The notes under the pieces: generated by a model
Database searches by the model: none
Seen by the model: only the letters and a program-made list of their open reading frames with translations
What the model was told of the DNA's origin: nothing
Source of the DNA: a virus
Taxonomy: Duplodnaviria > Caudoviricetes
Strand: one strand, 5' to 3'
Virus record (IMG/VR): IMGVR_UViG_3300021431_000124
Coordinates: 3,107 to 67,106 of that record
DNA: 64,000 bases
Part shown: positions 20,589-31,077 of the stretch, in pieces
How positions within the stretch are numbered: the first letter of the stretch is position 1
Layout of the letters: each line of letters opens with the position of its first letter
Made by a program: the position numbers and the translations under genes

Positions 20589-21407
20589 TTGCAAATAATA
20601 TCTAATAATGTTATTATTCCCATGGCTAACATAGGAGATCCGACTATGTATGATGGATTAGTAACACGCGAAGATCTTTACAATTCAATAAAAAGAGATG
20701 ATCTTCTGACAAAGCAGGATGTCATTGACATTATTGAAGAATATCTTTACAGAAAAGAGACAGAAGAAGAATGGCAATCGCCTCAAGAACTTGCTGACAT
20801 AGCGAACGCGCCACCGACTTATCCTGTCATGGAAGCATGGATTGCAAGCATTGCAGACGATTTTAAGACAGCAGAAATTTCCATACCCTATCACCTAGGC
20901 GAGACTGCGGAAACGCTAACAGCAATCGTCTCAGCCGAAATAATGGCATGGTGCATGGCATGGGAAAAACCAGCAGAATATTACTCTACAATCAAAGAAT
21001 CACCATTCTGGGGAAAGCTGTCCGTCAATGGAAACGATTTTCAAACGACATCGCCAACGATTCCACTAAGCACTTGTGTTGTCGCGGGTGCTGGTGTTCT
21101 CATTCCACCAATAGCAGGCTGCACTGTCTCTGGCACGGCGACGCCCACGCCACCGACAACAATGGTAAATCCTGCCGTCTATAAATTCACTGGCAATTAT
21201 GACAAGATGGGGTCAACAATCCAGACAGACAAAGACAAATTCCTTCAACAGCCAATCGTATCTGGCTTGTGGCCATTCAATGCAATAAAACAAGATTGGC
21301 GAAAAGACGAACCATTCATAAAAGCTGGCGACCGTGTTGCTGTTATATTTTTAAATGGCGACGCAACAAAACCTTTTATCACACAGATAATTTCTTTTGC
21401 AGACTAA
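20589..21407 (+). CDS. Baseplate spike/hub protein with gp5/gpV-like OB-fold motif
   Basis: C-terminal GDRVAVIFLNGDATKPFI motif. Confidence 0.6.
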   Translation: MQIISNNVIIPMANIGDPTMYDGLVTREDLYNSIKRDDLLTKQDVIDIIEEYLYRKETEEEWQSPQELADIANAPPTYPVMEAWIASIADDFKTAEISIPYHLGETAETLTAIVSAEIMAWCMAWEKPAEYYSTIKESPFWGKLSVNGNDFQTTSPTIPLSTCVVAGAGVLIPPIAGCTVSGTATPTPPTTMVNPAVYKFTGNYDKMGSTIQTDKDKFLQQPIVSGLWPFNAIKQDWRKDEPFIKAGDRVAVIFLNGDATKPFITQIISFAD

Positions 21408-21413
21408 CAAACA

Positions 21414-22961
21414 ATGCTCAACTTTCAAAAATACATTAAGAATCCAGACATAAAATTAAAAGACATTCAACTCGAAGCATGTGACAGGATGTATAATACA
21501 GATAGCATCCTGTTAGCTTTTTCATGCGGGCTTGGCAAAACGCTCGTTGTGCTATCGACATGCGAGGCCATAAGAGAATCAGAACCAGACGCAAAATTCA
21601 TTGTCATCATTCCGAAATCTGCACGTTCCGTTTTTATTAAAGAATTTGAAACAAAGATCTCCGCACCGTTCGCAATCATTGGTACGGATGTAAACAAGAA
21701 ATATGCTTATACAGATCAGCCATATATTCTTATCGAACAACCGCAACTTGAAAAAACAGAACGCAAAGAAAAGCAATTCTTTTATGCAGACTTTATTGCA
21801 GCACTAAGGAAAGAAACTGACAATATAAACTTAGTAATTGATGAAGCGCACACAGTAATGACTTCACCGAAAACATTAAGATATAGAACAATTTATGACT
21901 GCAAAGAAGTTTACAGACGAAAATATCTGCTAACTGCATCGCCGCTATTAAACTCGATTGACTCTCTATTCTTTGTCTATAATTTCATAAACAATGAAAA
22001 ACCATTCGATGACTGGTTTCGATTCCAATATCACTACTGTGTGCTTGAAGAAAAAGAAATCACTGTCATGAAGCGTTCAAAATATCCTAATAAGCCGCCA
22101 TTCAAAGTTCAAAGAAAAATAACACAGTGCGTCGGATATAAGAATCTTGACGAACTGCGTGAGCCAATAATGAAGAACACAATTCTTGGAAGCATTGTTT
22201 ATGACTTGACTTATGATTATATCAAATTTAATTTGGATAGCGAACTGCATGATGAATATATAGTCGCAACAAAAGGATTAAAGGAAGGTTCTGAACACTT
22301 CAAAGAAAGTGAAGTCAAAGATGAGGATAAAGTCCAACATTCCGCTCGCCTCGTAAAATTACAAAACATCGTTGACGGTCTTACAACAGACCCTTTCTCT
22401 TATACATGCAACAAAGAAAAAGAATTGATGAAACTGTTAAAAGCAATCACATGCAAAGACGAGGGTGCGATTATTTATGCTGACTACAAAGAAACTGTAA
22501 AACGCATATCAGAATTGATGGAACTTTACAAAGACGAACTAAATATAAACAACATATATGTCATCTCTGGTGAAATCAAAGTTCCCGAACGCATTAAGAT
22601 TGAAAAAGCATTAACACGACGGGATGTTTGCATCATCACTCGTGCTGGCTGCGTATCAATAAACCTGCAAGCAGTCAATCATATCATCCTATATAACGTG
22701 CCTTTTTCACAAGCAGACGCAGAACAATCAATTGGACGTATCTGTCGCTGCAATTCAACATACGACAAAAAATATGTGCATATTTTAGAGTGTGACGGAA
22801 CGATAGACACATACAAGCGCATTCTATTTCAGCAGCTTTCAAAACTTGTCAATCAAATATTCGACAATCAACATCCGACATTGCCAACTGATTTAATACG
22901 AGAAGACAACCGCTTACGGCGACAGCTTAAATGGTCGTTCTTGTGGAAGCCAAAAATCTAA
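21414..22961 (+). CDS. SNF2-like superfamily 2 helicase
   Basis: Walker A CGLGKT, VIDEAH, LLTASP, motif VI QSIGRICR. Confidence 0.9.
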   Translation: MLNFQKYIKNPDIKLKDIQLEACDRMYNTDSILLAFSCGLGKTLVVLSTCEAIRESEPDAKFIVIIPKSARSVFIKEFETKISAPFAIIGTDVNKKYAYTDQPYILIEQPQLEKTERKEKQFFYADFIAALRKETDNINLVIDEAHTVMTSPKTLRYRTIYDCKEVYRRKYLLTASPLLNSIDSLFFVYNFINNEKPFDDWFRFQYHYCVLEEKEITVMKRSKYPNKPPFKVQRKITQCVGYKNLDELREPIMKNTILGSIVYDLTYDYIKFNLDSELHDEYIVATKGLKEGSEHFKESEVKDEDKVQHSARLVKLQNIVDGLTTDPFSYTCNKEKELMKLLKAITCKDEGAIIYADYKETVKRISELMELYKDELNINNIYVISGEIKVPERIKIEKALTRRDVCIITRAGCVSINLQAVNHIILYNVPFSQADAEQSIGRICRCNSTYDKKYVHILECDGTIDTYKRILFQQLSKLVNQIFDNQHPTLPTDLIREDNRLRRQLKWSFLWKPKI

Positions 22962-22966
22962 AAAAA

Positions 22967-22989
22967 AAGCCTAGCTCTAGGCTAGGCTT
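22967..22989. terminator. Hairpin terminator between convergent genes
   Basis: AAGCCTAGC / GCTAGGCTT inverted repeat. Confidence 0.65.
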
Positions 22990-23010
22990 AAACAATAATA
23001 AAACTTATAA

Positions 23011-23901
23011 TTACCACATTCTCTGACCTAAAGATGTACGCTTTAATGCTTTCTTAACCTTGTTCATGTCATCTGCTTTATCAAGAATGTCAGCTAATGC
23101 CCGAAGAACTTCTGATTCATTATCAGATTCAAGACGTGGCAAATTTGATTTCATGCTATACAATGCACGTGACAAAGCCCATTGAATATCATCTTTAAAT
23201 GTACTCATAACATCTTTAAGTATAGGATACTCCCAGTCTGTAAAACTTTGTACACTTGCTTCTTTTAATGCTTTACGTGGTGATGTTTTTGCGGCTGTAC
23301 GGCGAATCTTTTTTGATTCTGTTTTGTTAAGCATGTGTTTAATTTCGGAAACTAAACCATCCATCATTCTATCACGCTCTCTCTCTAATGAATCTGCACC
23401 GTCACTTATGATGCTAAATACTTCATTCTCAGTCATCGGTAGTTTTCCATCGAAGCTATATGACGGGTCATAATTGTCATCATCCATAAGATATGAATCA
23501 ATAATATCATGAGCAGCTTCTTCTATTTCGTATTCTGTCGGATTAGAATCAAGTTCTTTATCAATAACATGTTCAGCATTATCTTCCCAACCATAAATTG
23601 GATTAGAAATAATGTCTTTTAACTGAGCAACACCGAAATAAATTTGACCGTCACGCTCATCTACATGAGCATCAAGCATGAAATCAATACTACCGTTATA
23701 TAAAGTAACACTCCAACTATCCAGCTCTCTTAGATCATCAACACTACCAACCATTTCATAATTCTCATCAATAAAATCAATAAGCTCATCCATTGTATTG
23801 ATCTCTTTGATGTCTTCCTGTTCTTTGAAAACGCGACGACGCTTAATCATTTCTGAAATTGTTTTACGATTGCTATTTTTTTTGTTTGTACGCTTAATCA
23901 T
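23011..23901 (-). CDS. Acidic hypothetical protein with basic leader
   Basis: 296-aa ORF, AGAGG RBS. Confidence 0.65.
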   Translation of the reverse strand: MIKRTNKKNSNRKTISEMIKRRRVFKEQEDIKEINTMDELIDFIDENYEMVGSVDDLRELDSWSVTLYNGSIDFMLDAHVDERDGQIYFGVAQLKDIISNPIYGWEDNAEHVIDKELDSNPTEYEIEEAAHDIIDSYLMDDDNYDPSYSFDGKLPMTENEVFSIISDGADSLERERDRMMDGLVSEIKHMLNKTESKKIRRTAAKTSPRKALKEASVQSFTDWEYPILKDVMSTFKDDIQWALSRALYSMKSNLPRLESDNESEVLRALADILDKADDMNKVKKALKRTSLGQRMW

Positions 23902-23962
23902 TACTCTACCTCTTTTGTCTATTTGTTATCCACAAGGACAACTCGATTATAAACTAGATATG

Positions 23963-24685
23963 TTATTCAATGATTTCAAAAATTTTACCATTGTGAAAAA
24001 CGAAATGCCCACTCATTTCAATATCACGTCCATACCCTTCATAATCAAAATAATATTCAGGGTTTGAAATACCGTCGAAACCTAATTCATCGACAATTGT
24101 TTCACCGATTTCTTCATCAGAAGCATTCTCGTCACCACACCAATATTCGCCTGCCGTCTCTGGATCTTCCTCGTCCGCCTGATAATATTCAAGACGAACA
24201 TCACGACCTAATGCAGCATAATCAATATACATTTCACGAGTTTTTTTATCGAGTTCTTCAACACCGCCAACGGCATCAACAAAGTAATATCCGATAGCTT
24301 CTTCCTCGTTTGACATATCATTATATATGTCATCAAACATAATGACATCTCCATTAGATACTTTCTCAATAGCATCTAATACGTCATAGCCTTCACTGAT
24401 TACAGCGTCAACAGCTTCTTTCATACCATCTTCTTCAATTGAATTAAGTGCTTCAGCAATCTCATTAAGATGGTCAATTGATTCATATTCACCTAATGAA
24501 TCAGTAACATCAAAATCACTTTCATAATCTGTAAAGAACCATTCTTCGTGATTTTCGTCAATACCGATTCTTTTCTTTACAGCTTCTAATTCCTCATCGG
24601 AGATCGGAAACTCAATCCATTCACCAACAAGATCACCTTCGTTATATAGACCTAAATTTGTTATAAAACCTTTTAGTGCGCTCAT
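23963..24685 (-). CDS. ardA: ArdA-family antirestriction protein (type I RM inhibitor, DNA mimic)
   Basis: TNLGLYNEGDLVGEW, EEWFFTDYE, YIDYAALGRD / YFDYEGYGRD motifs; very acidic. Confidence 0.9.
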   Translation of the reverse strand: MSALKGFITNLGLYNEGDLVGEWIEFPISDEELEAVKKRIGIDENHEEWFFTDYESDFDVTDSLGEYESIDHLNEIAEALNSIEEDGMKEAVDAVISEGYDVLDAIEKVSNGDVIMFDDIYNDMSNEEEAIGYYFVDAVGGVEELDKKTREMYIDYAALGRDVRLEYYQADEEDPETAGEYWCGDENASDEEIGETIVDELGFDGISNPEYYFDYEGYGRDIEMSGHFVFHNGKIFEIIE

Positions 24686-24781
24686 AGCTCTATCCTTTAA
24701 AAAAAGTGTTCATAAAAACACAAAACCAATATAACACACTTTTGATTAGATAGAATCCTATTTTTTTCGCACTAAAAAAAA

Positions 24782-24801
24782 TGGCGGCATCATCGCCGCC
24801 A
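24782..24801 (-). terminator. Terminator hairpin
   Basis: TGGCGGC / GCCGCCA inverted repeat with adjacent A-run (U-tract on minus strand). Confidence 0.65.
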
Positions 24802-24805
24802 CTCA

Positions 24806-24982
24806 CTATTTCTTTTCTTCTGTGTTTTTACGCTCAACTGGTTTGTTATATTCAATGGTGTCGAACTGAATAACTTCTGTATGGTTTGGCATTTTACCAG
24901 AAGAATCTGATTTCCATGTTTCCATTTGTTTGAGTTTTAAATAATCTTTACGCTCTTTGACGACAAATGATGGGTCTGACAT
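24806..24982 (-). CDS. Small hypothetical protein (58 aa)
   Basis: Manually read MSDPSFVVKERKDY...EEKK with AGGAG RBS. Confidence 0.55.
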   Translation of the reverse strand: MSDPSFVVKERKDYLKLKQMETWKSDSSGKMPNHTEVIQFDTIEYNKPVERKNTEEKK

Positions 24983-25013
24983 GGTTATTTCTCCTTATAT
25001 TATTATGACGAAT

Positions 25014-25205
25014 CTACATACCAGGCTCCGCCTGCGGTACACTTTCTTCCGACTGATAATTACAGTCAACTATATATATATCACCATTTTTGTTAAAGCA
25101 AAGTTTTTTCGTATCCGTGTTAATATATAACACAAGATCTGGCACTGAATGCTTATGCGCATTATCAGCAAAAGCAACAATTGTTCTTACATTTTTTTGT
25201 GACAT
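25014..25205 (-). CDS. Small hypothetical protein
   Basis: 63-aa ORF with AGGAG RBS, directly after tail fibre gene. Confidence 0.6.
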   Translation of the reverse strand: MSQKNVRTIVAFADNAHKHSVPDLVLYINTDTKKLCFNKNGDIYIVDCNYQSEESVPQAEPGM

Positions 25206-25223
25206 AATGTAGCTCCTACATGC

Positions 25224-27377
25224 TTAATACACCATAACTAAAGCCAAAAAATAATCTTCACCTGCCATGTAATCTGTACCTTCTAATCCACACAAAAATT
25301 TAAATCCTAATCTAAGATTAGTCAAATTTCTACCTTTTTTAAAACAAGACCCTACATCTGCTTCACCTGATTGGCAAGAAATTGCCTCATAAATATCAAC
25401 TAATCTGTTGCTATATAGTGTTGACGTTGTTAAATCTAAATAATAACCGCTATGAAAACTAACAGGGCTACCTTCCATGTCACGAACAAAAACTATAGCT
25501 AAAAAAATTGAACCTTTAGGAAAATACGACGCGGAAGAACTACTAGAATCTGTATTAGTTGGAATACGTCCTTTTATGTCATCAGCATAAATAGTAGTAA
25601 CTTTATTAGAATCATCACCTATATAGTTGCAATATAAACGATCCCATTTATATGAAGAACTTCCTAAATTTGTAGTTACATTATTTTCTGATAGCTTGAT
25701 TGCAGGAATTAAATTATAAATTACTGAACTAGTAGCCTGTACTCCAACAACCTCTTTTCTTACTGGTGTAGACAAGTAAGCATTGATCGTACTCAACATA
25801 AAAGATTCAGAAGATAAACTGGCTAAACCTGTAAAAAAATTTGCGTATATTGAATTAAATTTAGCACTATTACTACCTAAATCTATGTTACCAGAAGTAC
25901 CAATAGGCAATATACTCGTTGTTGATGCAGCATATATTAAATTCGTAGATGTTCCAGAAGATGGGAAATAAGTTAAATATTTCGCAGTTTCTGCTGTAGT
26001 TGCTGTATCAGCATTACCTTTTAATGAACCATAAATATTAGTAACAGGAACAGATAAACTTCCAATATTATTACAATATATTGTATCCCATTTTCTTACT
26101 GGTTCTCCAAGATTATACATGTCATTATCTTCTGGAATTATATTAGATGTAGATGCTATATTATTACTACTATTATTTTCTTTATAAAGAGCAACATCAT
26201 ATGTTTGCCCACTATATGTATATTTTCCAAATACAACATGTGTTGTATTTATTGTTGGTGTTGAAATTCTTTTACCAGCTAGAATAGTTAAACCTTCTGA
26301 ATCAAAATAAGCCACATCAACCATTGCAGAACTAATAATAAACCTGCTTTGTTCACTAATTGATAAACCAGACATATCAACTTTTAAATCTGGAACACTA
26401 ACAGGTTGACCCTCCTCTACACCTTGATGTATTGTTTCATATAAATTTAAATAATATCCACCATATTTTTCAAACGATAGTCTTTTACCTTCAGGAAAAA
26501 CAGTATTATCAGCATTTAAATATATCCGAGATTCTGTATTATCACTAACACCAGCTATGGACATTGTATCTATTGATGTAGAACCATTATATAATCGAAA
26601 AGTTATATTACCAAAAGATTGAACTATTTCACTAGAAACATTGCCATTAATACACATTGAATGTAAATAATGGCCATCACCTCCTACATAGGAATTCTGT
26701 CCACCAAAAAAAACATCAGATGTAAATGTCTTACTACCTGTTATTGTTTGTGTAGTAGCTATCGTAACATAGTCACCTAGTCTTGTATTTAAATTCTGTG
26801 AAGTGACAACACCCGTGCCTGTACCTGACATTACATCTTCACTACTGGCAACTTTTACAGAACCTCGACGTGTCTCTGTCGCTGGCGGGAAAGACAAGTT
26901 TATATTCTCAAAAGAAACACTATCTGCATTATCAAATCTAAGATCAAGTGCAAAAGATAATGGCGAGAAATGTTTTACAACCAACTCATCGGCAGAACTT
27001 TCAACAGTAGCTAAACAGAGAATACGCTCCTCAAGTTCTTTTCTGTATGTTATTGCGACTGTTTTGCCGCTGTAATAAGTTTCTGAATCATCAAAAAATT
27101 CAACATGCAAAATTCCAGTGTCAGGGATCGTACCCGCTGGCATATCCGCCCATTCTTCTTTTGTATAGATTACGTTATCTTTCTCAAAAAGAACTTCGCC
27201 ATGCACTACACCATTAAACACAACAGTGCCCGACAATCCTGACACATAAGGAATATCCTCGCCCGATTGCGCATTTGTAATATAAGCCTTTGTAACTTCA
27301 ATTGTCTCACCATCTAAAAGGCTTGCTAAATCTGTTTTCGCTATGCTAGTTAGTTTAAATTCAATTTCTGCACTCAT
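25224..27377 (-). CDS. Long tail fibre protein
   Basis: Baseplate-anchor-like N-terminus, ATETRRGSVKVAS repeat, three LG....(W/F)..(I/L)Y motifs. Confidence 0.75.
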   Translation of the reverse strand: MSAEIEFKLTSIAKTDLASLLDGETIEVTKAYITNAQSGEDIPYVSGLSGTVVFNGVVHGEVLFEKDNVIYTKEEWADMPAGTIPDTGILHVEFFDDSETYYSGKTVAITYRKELEERILCLATVESSADELVVKHFSPLSFALDLRFDNADSVSFENINLSFPPATETRRGSVKVASSEDVMSGTGTGVVTSQNLNTRLGDYVTIATTQTITGSKTFTSDVFFGGQNSYVGGDGHYLHSMCINGNVSSEIVQSFGNITFRLYNGSTSIDTMSIAGVSDNTESRIYLNADNTVFPEGKRLSFEKYGGYYLNLYETIHQGVEEGQPVSVPDLKVDMSGLSISEQSRFIISSAMVDVAYFDSEGLTILAGKRISTPTINTTHVVFGKYTYSGQTYDVALYKENNSSNNIASTSNIIPEDNDMYNLGEPVRKWDTIYCNNIGSLSVPVTNIYGSLKGNADTATTAETAKYLTYFPSSGTSTNLIYAASTTSILPIGTSGNIDLGSNSAKFNSIYANFFTGLASLSSESFMLSTINAYLSTPVRKEVVGVQATSSVIYNLIPAIKLSENNVTTNLGSSSYKWDRLYCNYIGDDSNKVTTIYADDIKGRIPTNTDSSSSSASYFPKGSIFLAIVFVRDMEGSPVSFHSGYYLDLTTSTLYSNRLVDIYEAISCQSGEADVGSCFKKGRNLTNLRLGFKFLCGLEGTDYMAGEDYFLALVMVY

Positions 27378-27547
27378 ATTTTGCGACCCTATTCAAAAGA
27401 AAAAATAATGCTAATTTTATTAGATAGACAAGCGCAACGCAAAACTACAAAAATCATATCACAGTATTTTGATTGCAAAAAGCAAAAAAAAAAAAAACTA
27501 TCTAAAAATAAATTACCAACTTCAACAACTATATAACAGAGGTTAAT

Positions 27548-27916
27548 ATGATTAGAAAAAAACTTTTTGAAGACGACAAGCGAGAACTAAGAAAAATCAA
27601 AAATGCTATATATAGAAATCCAGAAGTGAAAAGACTAACATCAAAAATTCTTAAAGATGATGGTGCGTGGGGTGCTTTCAAAGAATTAATCAATGCAATT
27701 CGAGAATCACATCCATCCATCACTGGTGTTTATTATGGAGATGATCCTCATTTTCTCGGTGGCTATCGTTGGGAAAACGGTAGAATGACTGGCAAGTATA
27801 GAGTCATTGAAATCGAAACGGAATTTGGAAATATGGATGGACATATTATTTGCTTCGGTGCAGGAACTGTTGAAGATCCATTGGATTCTTATGATATGGT
27901 TTTAGAAATTTATTAA
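27548..27916 (+). CDS. Hypothetical protein
   Basis: 122-aa ORF with AGAGG RBS. Confidence 0.65.
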   Translation: MIRKKLFEDDKRELRKIKNAIYRNPEVKRLTSKILKDDGAWGAFKELINAIRESHPSITGVYYGDDPHFLGGYRWENGRMTGKYRVIEIETEFGNMDGHIICFGAGTVEDPLDSYDMVLEIY

Positions 27917-28001
27917 CCTATCTTTCTATCTATAACAAATAGATCGTCCTATGGCTATCGTTTGATTGTTTTACAATATTTAAATAATTGGAGAATTTAT
28001 T

Positions 28002-28311
28002 ATGGCAATATATGAGCGAACACAAAGAGAATCAGCCCATGTTTTTTCTAGGGTGGTTGACAAATCAAAAGTCCCGTCTGCACTCAATTGGGCAGCACTT
28101 GGATGCGTCACTGCTTCTAAAGGTGAACTGAATAAAGTCTATCAAATCAATTCAACAGATTTGCTTGCTTCCACTTTCGGTGAGCCAACGACAGATCATA
28201 TTGCACTTATCTGTGCCGATAAAATTATCGCAGAAGATAACACCATGTTTATCATCCGTGTTGCTCACGAAAACTCACTTCGTGGCGCACAGGTTATCGT
28301 TTCAACTGATG
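28002..28311 (+). repeat. 310-bp inverted repeat, copy 1 (copy 2 at 50040-50349)
   Basis: About 90% nucleotide identity by eye, first 41 nt identical, mostly synonymous differences. Confidence 0.9.
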
Positions 28312-28982
28312 TTGTTTATGGTGGTAAAGGTAATGAAATTGCAATCGGCGTCGTAACTGGCAACGTAGAAGACGGAAACGGCGGCGGTGCAACGCATAAC
28401 CTTATGCTCCACATTGCAACAGAAGGCGCAACAACCCAGAAAGTCCCAGCAGACAATTTAAAGAACATCGCTGATGATCTGTCAATGGATATAGTTGACG
28501 ATCCTATCTTAATGGAAAACACTTCTGTGACTGCAAGATATGCAGACGTTTATCAAATCGATAGCAAAGGCAACAAATCTTACAGTGAAGAACTTTGCCT
28601 TATACTTTCAGATGTTGCTGACACAGAAGAAGATATTATCGTTAGCAAAAGTCCCGTGTCTGGACAAGAAGCTACTGAACTATTAAATGACACTCAGTTC
28701 GAGGCAAACTGGTTCTTCGGCGACGGCTATAACAAAAAGACAGCTATCGTTCTAAAGCCATCTGCAAACATTGTTGAGAACGCACCTTGCAACGTTACAT
28801 TCTCAATCGACCAAGTTGCCATGCGTGCTTATGGCACGGCATCGCCAAACAAGGTGACATTGCCTGTCGTTTTAAGAACAAATATCGAAGGCGGAGGCGA
28901 CGTTCCATCCGTCACGACATTCAGCACATACACATTCTATGTATGTCCAAGCCAATACATCATTGATAATGGCGGTGAATAA
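28002..28982 (+). CDS. Tail sheath N-terminal-domain protein, paralog of 49402-50349
   Basis: SAHVFSRVVD...KGELNKVYQI...TFGEP...FIIRV aligns by eye to sheath N-termini; no sheath C-terminal domain. Confidence 0.7.
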   Translation: MAIYERTQRESAHVFSRVVDKSKVPSALNWAALGCVTASKGELNKVYQINSTDLLASTFGEPTTDHIALICADKIIAEDNTMFIIRVAHENSLRGAQVIVSTDVVYGGKGNEIAIGVVTGNVEDGNGGGATHNLMLHIATEGATTQKVPADNLKNIADDLSMDIVDDPILMENTSVTARYADVYQIDSKGNKSYSEELCLILSDVADTEEDIIVSKSPVSGQEATELLNDTQFEANWFFGDGYNKKTAIVLKPSANIVENAPCNVTFSIDQVAMRAYGTASPNKVTLPVVLRTNIEGGGDVPSVTTFSTYTFYVCPSQYIIDNGGE

Positions 28983-28989
28983 AAAATTT

Positions 28990-29081
28990 AAGCCAGTTGC
29001 GAAAGCGACTGGCTTTTTTTGAATTCAAATAGCATAGAAAATAATAAACAAAAAAAAAGAGCCAGAAATTTCTGGCTCTTT
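28990..29081. terminator. Back-to-back terminators between convergent genes
   Basis: AAGCCAGT/ACTGGCTT plus T-run and AAAGAGCCAGA/TCTGGCTCTTT hairpins. Confidence 0.7.
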
Positions 29082-29104
29082 ATTTTTTAGCACAATGCAA
29101 ATAA

Positions 29105-31066
29105 TTAGCACTCAATGCTTTTTGCACCGCGAACGAGAGCATTCCATGCACCAATCTTATTGTGCTTGCGCATTTCAAGTTTTGCACGTTTAATGCACTC
29201 TTTCTTTACATCATAAAATGAGACATTGTAACGAACATTTTCAAGCTCGACATCGGCATCAATGATTTCATCATCATCATCAAGACCGTTCGGGAAATCT
29301 AATTCGTCAATATCATCATCGCTCTGGAGAATCAGATCGGCATAATCGTCGTCATCCTCATCCTGCTCATCCTCATCAGAATCTTCGTCGTCATCCTCAT
29401 CGTCATCCTCATCTTTTTCAGCATAGAGAGTGCCAGAATAACGAACGCCATTAATCTCTACTGAGAATGGAACGGAATCAGGCTGATCTTCGGCTAATTC
29501 TGCTTCTTCATCTTCGGCTTCCTCTGCCTCGTCCTCATCGGCATCATCATCTTTTTCGTCATCTGCCTCTGCATCATCGGCGTCGCCGTCTTTTTCATCC
29601 TCATCATTATCGACTTCGACTTCTTCTAATTCCTCGTCGTCCTCGATTTCTTCCTTTTCCTCAACTTCTTCGGCTTCATATTTTTTTGTTTTCATAGCAA
29701 CAATTTCCTTTTCGATAAGAGTAAATCCACGTTTTATTTCCTTTAACGATTCGTTGAAAGTTTCAACGTCGTTTAAAATAAACTTCAATTCATTTATAGA
29801 TATATTCCTTTTAGGCAACAATCTAAGATATGCAGTCTTATATTTGCCTTCTAATTTAACAAGAACATATTTACCATCTTTGATAGTAACAACTTTATTA
29901 AGATCAAAGTTGTCATCATCACTGAACACACCGCGAGGCGCTTGCGCTATATCGGCAACTTGAGTAGCTTCTTTTTTCTTTTTGCTCTCAAGCACATTAT
30001 TCTGATTTTTCTTTTTATAAGAATTTATAACAGAATTTGATGGTTTAGGTCTTGTCTCATTCATGCGTGATTCTTTTGTTGTCTTAGCCTGCTTTGCAAC
30101 AAGTACACAACGATTCTTTCCACGGACATCGCTGCGTATTGTTTCAACGACGCCTGCCTTTTGTGACAAACCTTTTTGAATTTCAGATATGAGATTTTTG
30201 TTTTCTTTTTTTACTCGGCGACGACGTTTTACAGACTCACCAAAGCCACCCAAATCAGGCATAGCATCGCCACCTTCTTCTGCTGGTTCTTCATCTTCTG
30301 ATTCATCTTCACCCTCTTCAAATTCTGTTTCATCCTCGTCGCCACCTTCTTCTGCATCCATTTCCTGCTTCTCTTTTTTCTTTTTCAAATCTTTTTCAAA
30401 AGCATCTGTAAAAGAATTAACATCCGAAAGCATATCATCTTTTATTTCAAATGGATGTAGATTATTAAAGTCATTTATTGAGATTTGAATTTTCTGTTTA
30501 TTGCTGTCAAGCAACAAAACATTTTTATCATCATTGTTCAAAATTGTGAATACACCCAAAGCTGTATCTACAACTTTCAACTGATTTTTATCAGAATCAT
30601 CACCGTTTGGATCAATGAAGTCAGAAGTTTTATCTGATTTATAATCTTTTAAAATGCCACTCGTATCAACGGGATCATCAATCTCGTTTCGTTCGGTTGG
30701 CAGAGCTTCAGGATCTAAAAGCTGCGGTGCAGACGACAAAACTACATCGGACAATTCATCTTTGACTTCATCTGTCTGTTCAGATGCAACGTCTTCAATG
30801 TCGGATTCTACATCCTGCAAATCATCCAATGCTTCTCGTTCTGCTTCGACGTTTTCTTCTGACATTACATCATCTGTATCATCAGATTGTTCATCATTTT
30901 CAGAAGCGGAATCCAGTTCATTCTCATCATCTAAGATTTCATCTGAATCTTTTTTATCATTATCATCTGCCTCATCTTTATTTCTGGCAGCTTTCTTTTC
31001 TGAATTTTCGAGTGAAGTTACTCGTAACTCTCTATTTATCTGTTTTAATAATTGATTTTCGGGCAT
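29105..31066 (-). CDS. Highly acidic low-complexity protein, possible prohead core/scaffold; start reassigned to MPENQLL
   Basis: AGGAG RBS before ATG at 31066; long D/E tracts; function inferred only. Confidence 0.6.
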   Translation of the reverse strand: MPENQLLKQINRELRVTSLENSEKKAARNKDEADDNDKKDSDEILDDENELDSASENDEQSDDTDDVMSEENVEAEREALDDLQDVESDIEDVASEQTDEVKDELSDVVLSSAPQLLDPEALPTERNEIDDPVDTSGILKDYKSDKTSDFIDPNGDDSDKNQLKVVDTALGVFTILNNDDKNVLLLDSNKQKIQISINDFNNLHPFEIKDDMLSDVNSFTDAFEKDLKKKKEKQEMDAEEGGDEDETEFEEGEDESEDEEPAEEGGDAMPDLGGFGESVKRRRRVKKENKNLISEIQKGLSQKAGVVETIRSDVRGKNRCVLVAKQAKTTKESRMNETRPKPSNSVINSYKKKNQNNVLESKKKKEATQVADIAQAPRGVFSDDDNFDLNKVVTIKDGKYVLVKLEGKYKTAYLRLLPKRNISINELKFILNDVETFNESLKEIKRGFTLIEKEIVAMKTKKYEAEEVEEKEEIEDDEELEEVEVDNDEDEKDGDADDAEADDEKDDDADEDEAEEAEDEEAELAEDQPDSVPFSVEINGVRYSGTLYAEKDEDDDEDDDEDSDEDEQDEDDDDYADLILQSDDDIDELDFPNGLDDDDEIIDADVELENVRYNVSFYDVKKECIKRAKLEMRKHNKIGAWNALVRGAKSIEC

Positions 31067-31077
31067 GATAATATCTC

